Both the position numbers and the translations under genes were made by a program. 64,000 bases of DNA from positions 85,622,152 through 85,686,151 of the forward strand of contig NC_068981.1 in NCBI RefSeq assembly GCF_001194135.2, given 5' to 3'. This stretch comes from Octopus bimaculoides (lineage: Eukaryota). The notes beneath the pieces are model-generated. The model made no database searches, was not told the DNA's origin, and saw only the letters and a list, made by a program, of their open reading frames with translations. Positions 25,231 through 37,769 of this stretch are shown one piece after another. Each line of letters starts with the position of its first letter. Within the stretch, counting starts at the first letter, position 1.

Positions 25231-27578
25231 CGGTGATTCTGAATGTGGATGGTACTACCCTCTGGGGGGACAGATGAAAATTTTATGTGGGCACTGGTGA
25301 CAAAAAAAGGGGCAACAGATTGCCCTAATTTTCAATTTTTATTGTTTGTGAACATCTTATAATATAAGTAGATGAAATATTGGGATCTTTTTGGTTTGAC
25401 GAGCAACACTTGTTTTCTTAACGAAACACTTTCAAACTTGGGATACTGGTAGAATGTGTCATATAAAATATCTTTTTCTCTTAGCCTTCTTAACAAAAAT
25501 TAGTTCTTAATTAATTATTTCATGTTAAAGTTGTCGTGTTTGTGTAATTTCAACCAATCACTAACGTCTATTGAGGTGAAAACAATTACTGCCGTAGAAT
25601 GTAAACAACATATTCTAACGGTGTTATGGGATCTTTTCCCTTGAATAAAATTAGTGCCGTTGTTTGTCAACAACAACTATCAGCGGTAGTTATTTATAAC
25701 ATCGTTNNNNNNNNNNNNNNNNACCCTAAAACTAACTTTAACTCTAAAACCGGAACCCTAACCCTAAAACCCTAAAGCTAAAACCAGTACAAACGCACGA
25801 ACGATGTTATAAATAACAGTACCGCCAATAGTTGTTGTTAACAAACAACAGCACTAATTTTATTCAAGGGAAAAGATCCCATAACACTGTTAGAATATAT
25901 TGCTTACATTCTATGGCAGTAATTGTTTTCACCTCAATAGACGTCAGTGATTGGTTGAAATTACCGAAATACGACAACTTTTTACATGAAATAACTTTGA
26001 ATACAAAATTTTTTATCTGTTGTCTAACACAAAATATACAAGTATACGAAGTTTGAAAGTGTTTCGGTACCAAAAACACTACATAAAACATAAATGAAAA
26101 ATGTTGCCCGTCAAACCCAAAAGATCCAAATATTGTTTTGACATTGCACAATTCATTGGGGAAATGAGTTATGTGCAACTAGTCACTTGTCGGTGATCAA
26201 CCTGTTGGCAGCAATTTTTTTGTAGCATATTTAATTTTGTTCAATTGTAGCAATGTAGCTTTGAAAGAGTGTTAATAAAAGAAAAAAGAGGCTGCTAGTT
26301 GAGCATTGAGCTCTTCCTTTTAGCATTGTTTAAAAATATATATCTCTAAAGGAAAACATTCTCAATAATTCCTTTATAAACACTTCTTTCTACACATCAC
26401 AAACATTTACATGAAAGAGTCTGCTTCAGTGCTGCCCTGACAATCTGGTTTCGTTTCATACATTATTAACAGGTAGGATACTGCTTCAAAACATGTTATA
26501 AGCATTGTAATGATTCCCCCAAGTATGTGCTTTTTCAGTTTGTTTTTCTAAGTAAAGCAGTGATAAAACAAGTCATACATTTAACATGTGACATTTGTAG
26601 TTTGTTTTATAACTGACTATAAAATAGAAAATATTAGAAATGACTATTTCAATTACTGGGCCATATTCCTTCTCTGAGACACAAATTACGTTTTCTATCT
26701 TCCAATTTATGATCATCTGCCTACTTGGGTCAGGCACAATGACAGACATGTCACATATGTTAATTATAGGATTTGTGTAGCAATGATCCATTATTTTGTT
26801 CCACACTGAAGCTAATAATAGCTGGAGTTGCTGCTCTTTGTAGAAAAAATATGGCCTTTAGGATTTACACCTTTGTAAGCCCTTCACCCTTTAGCATTTA
26901 AACAGGCCATATCCAACCCAAATACTCTACATGTTTTATGATAAAAATTGCCCAGATCTGGCCTGTCACACTTATCCTACAATGCCATTCCAAATATCAT
27001 TCAAATCTCATTCAATCACATCATTCAAATCTCAAAGCTACAAGGTAATATACAATTAATTCAAAACAATGTGAATAAATAAGCATTACATTTGACAGAA
27101 AAATCTAAATGTCAAGAAGTTAAAGAGCAAGTAGCAGAAAGATTTCTTTAGGGTTCTCAACCCATACTTCCATACATTGAAGACACCTCAGAGTTTCCAC
27201 AGTATCATTCAATCAAATCAACCTCAACACATGACTGGTACTTTATTTCATCTTGTGATAGCAAAGCTCAATTCAGACAAGATATTTACTTATCTAATCC
27301 CTAGCATTATGAACCAATAAGAAATTATAAAGAGAAAGAAATGAAAATGAAAGAAGTATGAGATAGACTTCACCTCACAGAAGATTGAAAAGGGGCAGAT
27401 GAATTGCCACGACTAATAAAATTAATATAATTTTAAATTTGTCCTACACCAAAATGAAGAAACAGGGGTGACATGATGCAAATTCCATTTTATTTTCTCG
27501 TTTTTAAAGGTGAGAGGAGGGGAGTGCAAAAAAAATATTAACGTTGTAGGAGGTTATTTGTCAGTCTGAGAACTACTG
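25231..27578. mobile_element. Old hAT/Charlie-type DNA element carrying nested MITEs
   Basis: Termini cggtgattctgaa / tgagaactactg resemble CAGTGGTTCTCAA TIRs; flanking 8-mers agctatat and atctaaat match 6/8. Confidence 0.55.
25378..26132. mobile_element. TA-flanked foldback element with CCCTAA-like central repeats
   Basis: Terminal IR tattgggatctttttggtttgacgagcaaca / tgttgcccgtcaaacccaaaagatccaaata; long internal IR about 25540-25706 vs 25800-25970. Confidence 0.85.
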
Positions 27579-30290
27579 ATCTAAATTATATCTAAAGTAG
27601 TATTCCAACTTTTATTTTGTTTTGTTTTTGTTTTTTTCTACCTTAGTAAGTGAACCAACTGTTTCTCTACTGGTCTAAAATATCTTCTTTATCAGTTGTA
27701 AATTGTTAATCTACTTCTTTGTTCTACTGCAAAGAAAAATATATTGTCAGGGTCAAGAAAATCATTAAGTACCTGACCTATTTAATACAGCTATGGGAAT
27801 ACAATTGATTTCCTGTACATTAAAAATGTTAAAACAGAAAATGAAGATATACAGCAATAACAAATGAATATAAGGAGTCACATCCTTATATGTTTAAACT
27901 CTATGTTGGCTTTTGGGATCCTTCAGTATCTTGTTCTGATGAAACATTAAGTAACAACGAAAACCAGTTAGTGTGATGTAATGAGGCAGCAATGCTGCAT
28001 AAATCCCTTCATGGGATCTATTTTCAAAGTGAAACTAAAAACATATGAATACCATCACCATTTATTTAATGTCCATGTTCCATGCAGGCATAAGCTGGGC
28101 AGTTTCACAAAGATCCAATGAGTTAAGGATTGCATCATATTCCAGTGTCTGCTTTGGCATGGTTTCTATGGCTGGATGCCCTTCCTAATGCCAATCACTT
28201 TACAATATGTACAGGGTACTGTTTTTCATGCTGCTAGTACTGTTAAGGTCACAATGTAGCTCACAAGTCAATTCCAGGAAAGGAGACTGTTGCCTCTGTA
28301 TGTTAGATGAGGGTTAAGGTTTGAGGGAAGAGGTTGGAATAGAGCAGGTTCGTATTGAAGAGGAGCCCTGTATATTTATATATTAAATGAATATACTCTG
28401 TACATTTATTTATCAGTATTGATAAATGACTTGTGCCTAGGTATATGTTTGTTCACATTTTAACAAGTAGTCTTCTGCTACTATAGTTCAGCATTTTAAG
28501 GGAAAGAATTAAATTTATCCCAATTATTAAGTAACAATGAAACTGATTGATTCCATCCACATTTGAAGCTGTCAAACAAGGCCTTTTTGTACCCTAATAC
28601 TACTGCAAGACAAAATACAAACAGATATGACTTCACTATAACCCATGATACATTAATACTCTGCTAATTATAAAAACTTAAGATAGTTATAGTGGAAATC
28701 AAATGCAAATCCACAAACAGATGTTAGGAGGTTAATGCAACCTTCATGGCAAAGCTTTACAACATTTACACATGAGAAAGACACTTTATAAACAAAATTT
28801 CTCATAGCATATTAATTATGTTTTGCAAGCAATTAAATATCCTATCAAGTGTCACCTGTAATGCTTCTAATTTTACGTAAAATTGTTACATCTCAAATAC
28901 ACTTTACAGCCAAATATTCATAGAAATTTATAAGATTTGATTTATTTTTTGCAATGCACTAAGAGAATACTGGAAACAAAGTTAGAAAATGTCTTAAAAA
29001 TGATATTTACAGAACGGATATTGCAAATAATTTCATTAAATGTATAATCACTGAAATGAAGTAGTTTAAATAAATAAATTTTCTAGAGATCTGGTTAATT
29101 CACCATAGAAATATAAGATTTGTTTCAGGTACATAAAATGAAAATTCAATTAGAAATTGAAACTGAATATGCCTTCCATTTTGTCAGGTCTCCTACATGA
29201 CAAGATGGAAGGCCTCCTAATTTTTGTTTCTTTGGTTTCTGGGTTTTTGTTTTATTTTGTACACTAACAATACATGTTGTCATTTCTAACAACCCACACT
29301 TTTATGTAGACGTTACCACCCTTCACTAATCCTTAACTTTCAATACACTGGCAACATTCATTTTACGCCAGATAAACACTGAATCTACAGTGACCATGAA
29401 AACATACTTTAATGGGACATCATGACAAATAGTCTCTTTCAAAATTGTGATTACATATCAACAAAGCAAACAATACTATTTAATAGTCACAAGTACTATG
29501 CTTCAAAACCTTTGATTATCTCACATATACAAACATATATATGTGGAGGGGGGAGTCTATATCATTCGTCATGGATCTGTCAGTAACCAGTTAAAGTCAA
29601 ATAGTGACTGCTACAACACCCAGACAGAAACAGGCTCACTTTGCAGATTGAGTTATAGATATTAAAGCCTAAGGAGCCAGCCCCAGTAAAAAAAGGGTTT
29701 CTGAAAGTTTTGTGCTTTCAGTTGACTGTCAGTATAATTACTGACAGTCAACTAAAACCACAATACTTTTAAAATATGACTTCATGAATGGTTGACATGT
29801 TGGATGAGGTACTGATAAAAGGTCAATAATCCTTGAAATAGGCATATACATCCATTCCCTATTTTTCATTATATTGTTTATGAAATGTCATAACTTAGTA
29901 CTGGCTCTGAATTCTACAGAAAATCTACAGGTAAACTTAAAATATGTATATGCCATTTTGTAATCTGACAAGGATGACAACTAGCAACATTTTGAAGTCA
30001 CTGTCACTATATTTTCCTTGTGTAAAAATTAACCCATGCTCTATCTATAAGTATTGAATGGCTCTTCAGTTTATTTGTCTTTTGTGTATTTAAAAACATA
30101 CACATCAATGCTGTGTGCTATGAAAAAAGCACCCAATACACACTGTAAAGTGGTTGTAGGAAGGGTAATCAACAATAGAAACCATACCAAAGCAGACATT
30201 AGAGCATGATATGGTCACTGGACTCATAGGATCCTGTCAAACCATCAAACCCATGCCAGTATGTAACACAGGTATTAAATAGTATGTGCT

Positions 30291-30336
<46 letters not shown>

Positions 30337-31873
30337 NNNNNNNNNNNNNNNNNNNNNNNNNNNNNNNNNNNNNNNNNNNNNNNNNNNNNNNNNNNNNNNN
30401 NNNNNNNNNNNNNNNNNNNNNNNNNNNNNNNNNNNNNNNNNNNNNNNNNNNNNNNNNNNNNNNNNNNNNNNNNNNNNNNNNNNNNNNNNNNNNNNNNNNN
30501 NNNNNNNNNNNNNNNNNNNNNNNNNNNNNNNNNNNNNNNNNNNNNNNNNNNNNNNNNNNNNNNNNNNNNNNNNNNNNNNNNNNNNNNNNNNNNNNNNNNN
30601 NNNNNNNNNNNNNNNNNNNNNNNNNNNNNNNNNNNNNNNNNNNNNNNNNNNNNNNNNNNNNNNNNNNNNNNNNNNNNNNNNNNNNNNNNNNNNNNNNNNN
30701 NNNNNNNNNNNTATAAATATAATATATATCATTATTTAATGTTTGTTTTTGATGTTGGCATGGGTTGAATGGTTTGACAACTTGTAAACAATGATATCAA
30801 TGGATTACCGATCTCCAAAAGTTCAATCTCTCATTCATTGGCTTTCTGACGGCAAGAGTTAACAAGGGTGTGTTTGTAACTTGACAAACTCTACATGAAG
30901 AATGGTTTACATCTTTCACTAATAAAAAAATATATATATAAATGTATATACATGATAGGTTTCTATACAGTTTCCATCTCCAAAATTCCCTTTGTAAAGC
31001 AAGATTGTGTGGCACTTTGGGTTAACCAATCCTCTCCTAAGCTGAAATCAGATGGTCAAAGTAAACTACAACTGCATCAGTCTCACCAGATTATAGAAAG
31101 TCTGCATAGGTTATAAGCACTGCCTGTACCATCCTCTGATAACACATTTAAAGATTGTTATCTATTAACTATTAGTGCAGATTTCTAACTGTAAAAGGTA
31201 TCTGTGCAAGAAGTAAACTCAGCAAGACATGTGGCAAGGTGGTGAAGTATGATCTTCAAATGTTGCACCTTACAGAGGCAATGACTAGTGACCAAGACCT
31301 TTTGTGATATGCTGTGCTTGAGAAGACCTGTCAAGCCAAATGAAATCCTAGTTGTGGCTGATGCTGGTCCCAAGTAACTTGCACCCATGCCGGTGGCACA
31401 TAAAAAGCACTTTCAAGCGTTGAGCCTCCCAGAGGCAACTGGCAACTATGCTGGTGGCATGTGGAAAGTACCTGCAAGTGTTGGGCCTCGCAGAGGCAAT
31501 GTGGCCAATGCCAGTGTTGTGTAACGGGTACCCATGCCAGTGACACATAAAAAGCACCTTTTGAGTGTTGGGCCTTACAGAGTCAGTGACAAATGACCAA
31601 GACCTTTAGCAATATGCCATACTTGAGAAGACCCATCAAGCCAAGTGAAATTGTAATCGTGGTAGACACTGGTGTCACGCAACTGGCACCCATGCTGGTG
31701 ACATGTAAAAGCACCTATTATACGCTTGGAGTGGTTGGCATTAGGGAGGGGATCCAGCCTTAGAAACCATGCAAAATTAGACTGGAGTCTGGTGCAGCCC
31801 CTCAGCTTACCAGCCCCCTGGTCAAACCGTCCAGCCCATACCTGCATGGACAACGGACATTAAATCATGATGA

Positions 31874-31910
<37 letters not shown>

Positions 31911-34774
31911 CATCATTTGTCATCTACTTTTCCATGCTTGTGTGGGTCTGATGGAGTTTACTGAGGTAATTTTCTACAGTTGGATGCCCTTCCTGTCAAC
32001 AACACTTGAGTTTCCAATAAATGTGTATGTGTCTGTGAACAACATATTTGATGTGGATATTATGCATTGAATAAAGAATATTGTAAACTGGGTAACAAAA
32101 GATCTATGAAAAAACATAATCCAATTGATAAATGTGTACAGTATGATTATAACTAATTGAAATTAAAGCATAGCACTTCTGAGATATGTTTTATTGCTTA
32201 TCTCCAATCTAGTGGCCTGCTTGATTATGATTCCATTCACATCTAGGATACTTGATCTCAGTACTTGAAAAGTATATAATTTTACTGACACCCACCCAAG
32301 ATGAAATAAAAACAGTTAACGTTGATAGGATTTGAACTTAAGATCTAAAAAGCCATAACTAAATACTGCTCTAATGATTGTGCCAATCCACTACTACTTA
32401 GCAATATCCATTCACAATAAACCTGTATAAGAAATGGATATTATGATAATGATGTTACCAATATATGTAGTGGTACGTTTTTTTAGGTGCCAGATTTTAT
32501 CTATAAGTATTCATCTTCTAACATTTCCTAAGAATAATGCTTTCTCTTTCTTAGCTATGCCATGTTTTTTTGTCTTTATTGGTGTCAATGCATTATTATG
32601 CATTATTGAATTACATACAGATTACCTCCAAGTTAGAATTTAAAAAATCAAGCAAGTCTTGGTGACAGATGTGGCTGACTCAAGACCAATCTATTTTTCT
32701 TTACACATACAAAAAAAAAATTCTAAAATAAATTATTAAAAATCTGTTTGTATATACATGAATTTGGTGAAGTGATTAATTAAAACCCCCAAAATACTTC
32801 CGATTCCAACAGTTGCTTTAAGGCTTTAGTGAGACCCACAATGCAATACTGCTCTGCCCCTACATCTTGAATGATGCAGGTGTTGCCACATACACAGCCA
32901 ACCAGTAAACAGCTCCCACACACACACCTAGCATAGTCACCTCTTATCTTTGGAGTTAGCTGATTTCGTACCATCTACACTGATCTCCTTCAGGCACTGG
33001 TGTTGTGCTTGCCTCCACACTAACCATTATTCTCAATTAATATTCCTAGAAAATCATCCCTCTGAAATTCCCTCCTTGCCCACTGTTCTTCCCCACCACC
33101 ACACATGCACAACTGTCCATTTGCAGTGGTTTAAGAATATCAATCAAACTGACCTATCTCACAGTCTACGAAGGTCATGGACATAGCCCCTTCCAATCCA
33201 TTAGAATAAATTTAATAAGGAAATTTGTGCCGCATCTAACTATATATATAAATCAATTTACAATGCATATATGGATTTGTCTTTCTCTTTGCTTAGTCGT
33301 TTTTACCGAATTTTATTTGGCCTGCTAAAGTTTATAAGTATTCTCTCCATTTCAGATAAGCATCCGACGAGTATTTTATAGATTTACTAGCGTGCAAAAT
33401 AAAAATAAAAAGTAAGCAGATCATTTTTTATATGTACGTTGATAATGTACCCTTTTAAAATTCTCAGGTATCTATCTATCAAACAAATGTCAAGTGTTTT
33501 AAATTTTGTTCAGTGGAAAAAACAGGTAGTGAGATAAATTTGGTCGTTCCTCCCTAATTCTAGAATAACAAAGTAATAATAATCATAATTTTCCAAAAAG
33601 CCTAACAATTTGCAAATGTTTAGCTCTAAGTTCAGAATATTTTCATTTCAATTACCAGCAGGTCATCTATGAGTTGACAGCAAGAAAAAGATTAACTGCG
33701 ATATATGCATATTCACTCGGAAGAATTATAAATAAACCAATCAAAGAATGCTTTGCTTCACCTAAGTGTGTTTATGTAACTGTATTTCTTGAAAATATCT
33801 TGTAGAAAAACATGGTACTAACAAGTGAAATTAAGTTATCGCATAAGGAATGTTTTCTTTAACTTTAAAATATATAAATGTAATATCAATATCACTAAAT
33901 TGCTTTTTGTTATCCCCATCATTCATTAAATCGTGCCCAAGAAATATTTGTAACAATAATACATGGAATGGAATCCTGTATCAATTTAAATTTCACCCCA
34001 TCAATTGAACTGAAAGTGACAAACGGGATTTTAACAAAGACCCAAAAAGCGTAGCGAGAAGTTAAGAATAGGACTGCTTAAAGATCTTTCTTAGTGTTCA
34101 ACTTCAAGAAAATTGAAGAATTTGGTTAAGAACTAGTTTCCTATATTTAACACTTAAGATGGGTGACGGTGCGGTTCCCTTTCTAGGAGAAAACTTTCTA
34201 AATTGTTTTGTTGTTATATCAACGAGTAGCGTTTAAAATTAACTGTTATATCGATTTCATCAGAATAAAGACAAATAAAAAAAAGAACGATGCATAAATG
34301 TATGCTTAAAGAAGTAAAGATATATGCCGACTTCTTTAAAAAAAAAAAATCAACTTTTAAGAACATTCCAAAACTTCGGTGAGTTCATTTCGCGACAAAT
34401 TCAATTACACTATTCACTAAATTTCGAGAAAAAAATAGTAAAATACCAAACCAAGAGAGGCGACAATCTTCGACTATAATTCTGAAATATTTTGTTTTGC
34501 TTCTAACTTTGAATTTACATTAACTTCAAACAAGATATATAACATCAATGAAAAAATTGAAAAGTGTGAAAACTAATTAGATGAAAGAATAAATCTGACG
34601 TGATCGTAACATCCTATCATCTAGTCTCTGATTAAAATAATTAAAAGAAAGAAAATTAGAGAATTAACTGAGAAGATTTATTACAGGTGTCAGTTTTTTT
34701 AACAAGGTACTGCCGAAAACAATAGTGATAACGGATAATCTAGAAATCTCATTAAAATACAAAATATTGCATAC

Positions 34775-34900
34775 CTTAGTAATAAGAGCTGCGTCTCGAA
34801 GTTAATTATAGTATTTAAATGTTCTCCGATCTGGTAAACTGTCAAGAATTAATTCACAAGTGGCTGCTGATTATAATCTACCGGCAACTAGGAAAGCGTG
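34775..34900 (-). other. DNAJC10: Candidate non-coding first exon (5'UTR) of DNAJC10; 5' boundary approximate
   Basis: Donor ACTAAG|gtatgc at 34775/34774, inside a CpG-retaining, TE-poor segment just downstream of CRE/E-box/ERSE motifs. Link to DNAJC10 inferred from orientation and position only. Confidence 0.55.
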
Positions 34901-34967
34901 ATACACGAAACCAAACTCTTCTGATGACAATAAGCAAAGCCAAATGACAGTGTGTACACAATATTGA

Positions 34968-35011
34968 TGACGTCACTGGTTTTGCTGTTATTCATTGACA
35001 ATCACACGTGT
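34968..35011. promoter_or_regulatory. CRE palindrome TGACGTCA (34968-34975) and ACACGTGT E-box/ACGT-core palindrome (35004-35011)
   Basis: Both motifs read directly from the sequence, just 5' of the candidate first exon. Confidence 0.55.
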
Positions 35012-35310
35012 TGAGTTTTTCCTTCCTGTCTTTATCTTCAACCATTTAGCGTTAAAGTACAAACGAAAATATCATCGATCTAGCTGCGGAGATTTTTTTA
35101 AAGGAATTTAAAAGAAAACAAAAGTAATTTAAATAACTAATTGGATTTTTTTTGCAATGTACTAAGAAACCTAAATTTGAAAGAAAAAAACTAAATATCT
35201 ATTCTGAATTCTAAAATGATATAAATTATGTTAACGAAAATGTACTTTCTTCTTCAGAAAGAAAAAGCCCCAAATGTTTACATTTGTGTTGGCGATTTCA
35301 CGTTCTTAAA

Positions 35311-35329
35311 CGTGGTCATTTCTGATTGG
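35311..35329 (-). promoter_or_regulatory. ER stress response element (ERSE-I) CCAAT-N9-CCACG
   Basis: Minus strand reads CCAAT CAGAAATGA CCACG: exact consensus with a 9-nt spacer, upstream of an ER chaperone/reductase gene. Confidence 0.8.
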
Positions 35330-37474
35330 TTGACCCACACTGTAAAAACGTAAATTTAAATCGCACCCAAACATGATAAAGTAATCATGCATTTAATTTT
35401 GTCAGGAAGAATTAAATACAATTTCATTTTCGTGTAAAATACGTGGAATGTTTACATTTTGGCGATCTTTCAGTACGATTACCTAAATATCGGCCTACAT
35501 TTCTAATGGTTTCTAAGGTTGTTGCTGTTTGGCCCTAGGTCAGCCCTGATCGAGCAAACCTGGCTACTATTTCTAGCAGGTCGAACGAATTCTCTCTCTC
35601 GCCAGGGAAAGAAAAATCTGGATACCATCCAATCCATCTGCAACACGCCGATATTTGTATTTATCTCAAATGTAATAGCTAAAAGTGGTAAAATAAAACT
35701 AAAATATAAAATATAAGATAGTAGTGGTAGTATGTGTTGATAAATATCCTTTAAGTTATAACATTTGGGTTAAGTTGAAATGAGGGCCTTCATCAGAAAA
35801 AGTTGTAGAAATGTATTTACTCAAATGAGAACTATTTTAACTTCGACATTCTTATTTAATAGGTCGTGCAAGACTGAGTTTATCTCAGTTAAGTCACAAC
35901 TGCATGCAACCCTTTACGTCCAATACTTTTATTCAACAGAATATCCAAGTCATTGATTTACTGACCACCTTAAATAGTTTTAGTGTGTAACCAGTGGCTT
36001 AGCAAGGGTTCTTAGCATTAAATGGTAAAAACATTTTTTATACCTCCACCCTAATTAACAGACATAACAAGCTAATAGGAAATTTGTAACCCTACAAACC
36101 TGCACCAAATGGGAGACCGACTCTTCTATTTCATCTCCTCTGGCTGTAACCTCTAGGATAAGCATGCAAAGGTATTCAGTACTGAAATATTATTAGCATA
36201 ATAAGGCTATCACACAATAACAGGAAATTCTTTCCAAATGTAAAGCTGTAGAGATGGTTCAAATTATGCAAGGCTTCATTGAGAAAATGACAAGGGATCG
36301 GGAGTTGTGACAATTTGCTGTACTTGAGAAAACGCATCATCATCATCGTTTAACGTCTGTTTTCCATGCTAGCATGGGTTGAACGATTTGACTGAGCACT
36401 GGCGAACCAGATAGCTGGACCAGGCTGATCTGGCAGAGTTTCTACAGCTGGATGCCCTTCCTAACGCCAACCATTCTGAGAGTGTAGTGGGTGCTTTTAC
36501 GTGCCACCGGCACGAGGGCCAATTAGGCAGTACTGGCAACGGCCACACTCAAGTGGTGTTTTTTACTTGCCACCTGCACAGGAACCAGTCCAGCGGCGCT
36601 GGCAATGACCTTGCTTGAATGTTTCTTCACGTGCCACAGGCACAAGTGCCAGTAGGGCGATGCTGGTAACGAACACATTCGAATGGTGCTTTTTACATGC
36701 CAGTGGCATGTAAGCCAGTCAGCTGCTCTGGCAGTGATCATGCTCGGATGGTGCTCTTAGCGCTCCACTGGCACGGATACCAGTCATCGAATTTGCGAAT
36801 TTGATTTGATCTAAGTAAAATCACTGTCATCCATTCATACATACAGGTTTGTCCTTTATAGGTGTCAATAAAATAAGTACCAGTCAAGTACTAGGGTCGA
36901 TGAAATGACTTTCTCCTCACCTCAAAAACTGCTGGCCCTGTGCCAAAATTTGAAACTATTATTATACATTAATGGAGGATGGAGGACTGGCATAAATGTT
37001 AGATTGTCACATGAATTTGCTTACAGTAGTTGCAGTGGCATAACTAGAGTGTGTGCTACATTGGGCAGCTTTTGAGTGTACGTTTCTCCCCACCCCAGGC
37101 CCCCTATATTTGTCCACCACCACCACCACCACTGGTTGACAACCGGTACTGGTTTGTTTATGACCCTGTAACTTAGCTATTCAGCAAAAGAATCTGATAG
37201 TGCTGGACTTAAAAAGGAAAAGTACTGGGGTTGATTTATTTGACTAAAACCCTTGGAGCAGTGCCCCAGCATGGCCACAGTCCAATGACTGAAACAAGTA
37301 AAAAAAAATAAAAGAAGAAATCTTAGGATTTCATCAGCAAATGAATATTTTTGGCCATTTACTTTATCTATGACTTCTTCTCAATCCTTCTAAATTTAAG
37401 ACTAAGACAAAGAAAAACAAGAAAAAAACCCAACAAATGATTAACAAAACAAAGTGAGTAATGCTTGATGATAA

Positions 37475-37480
37475 TTTATT
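37475..37480 (-). terminator. CEP89: Polyadenylation signal AATAAA of CEP89
   Basis: About 110 nt after the stop, followed on the minus strand by a T/GT-rich downstream tract (about 37400-37450). Confidence 0.6.
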
Positions 37481-37591
37481 CACAATACTTATACACAATA
37501 AATTAATAACATTCTGAGGTAAATGTTGAAATTAGACTATACACTACATAAACATTCATATAAATACACAATAAATACAAACTGCTATACT

Positions 37592-37769
37592 TTATATACT
37601 AGGTAAAATTATTTCCTTATCACTATCACAATTAGAAACGTTTTCTTCATCACTATCACAACAAGTAACAATGTTTTTATTACATGATATTCCATTCAAA
37701 AGCTGGTACATCACTGAATTTTCATTCTGTGCTGCCATATACAATGTCTCCATATCTTCTTCCATTTGT
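37592..37769 (-). CDS. CEP89: CEP89 terminal coding exon with stop
   Basis: ctttgtttttatag|A CAA ATG... QMEEDMETLYMAAQNENSVMYQLLNGISCNKNIVTCCDSDEENVSNCDSDKEIILPSI*, cf. [25 protein letters not shown]. Confidence 0.9.

Noticed and set aside
25723-25780. Interstitial telomere or chromosome fusion site
   Set aside because: Only a few degenerate hexamers, internal to a TIR element and repeated in a related copy.
32780-32974. Cys-rich 64-aa ORF (CVCGSC..CVCGNTC)
   Set aside because: No recognisable family, no convincing splice context, and the Cys content derives partly from TG repeats.
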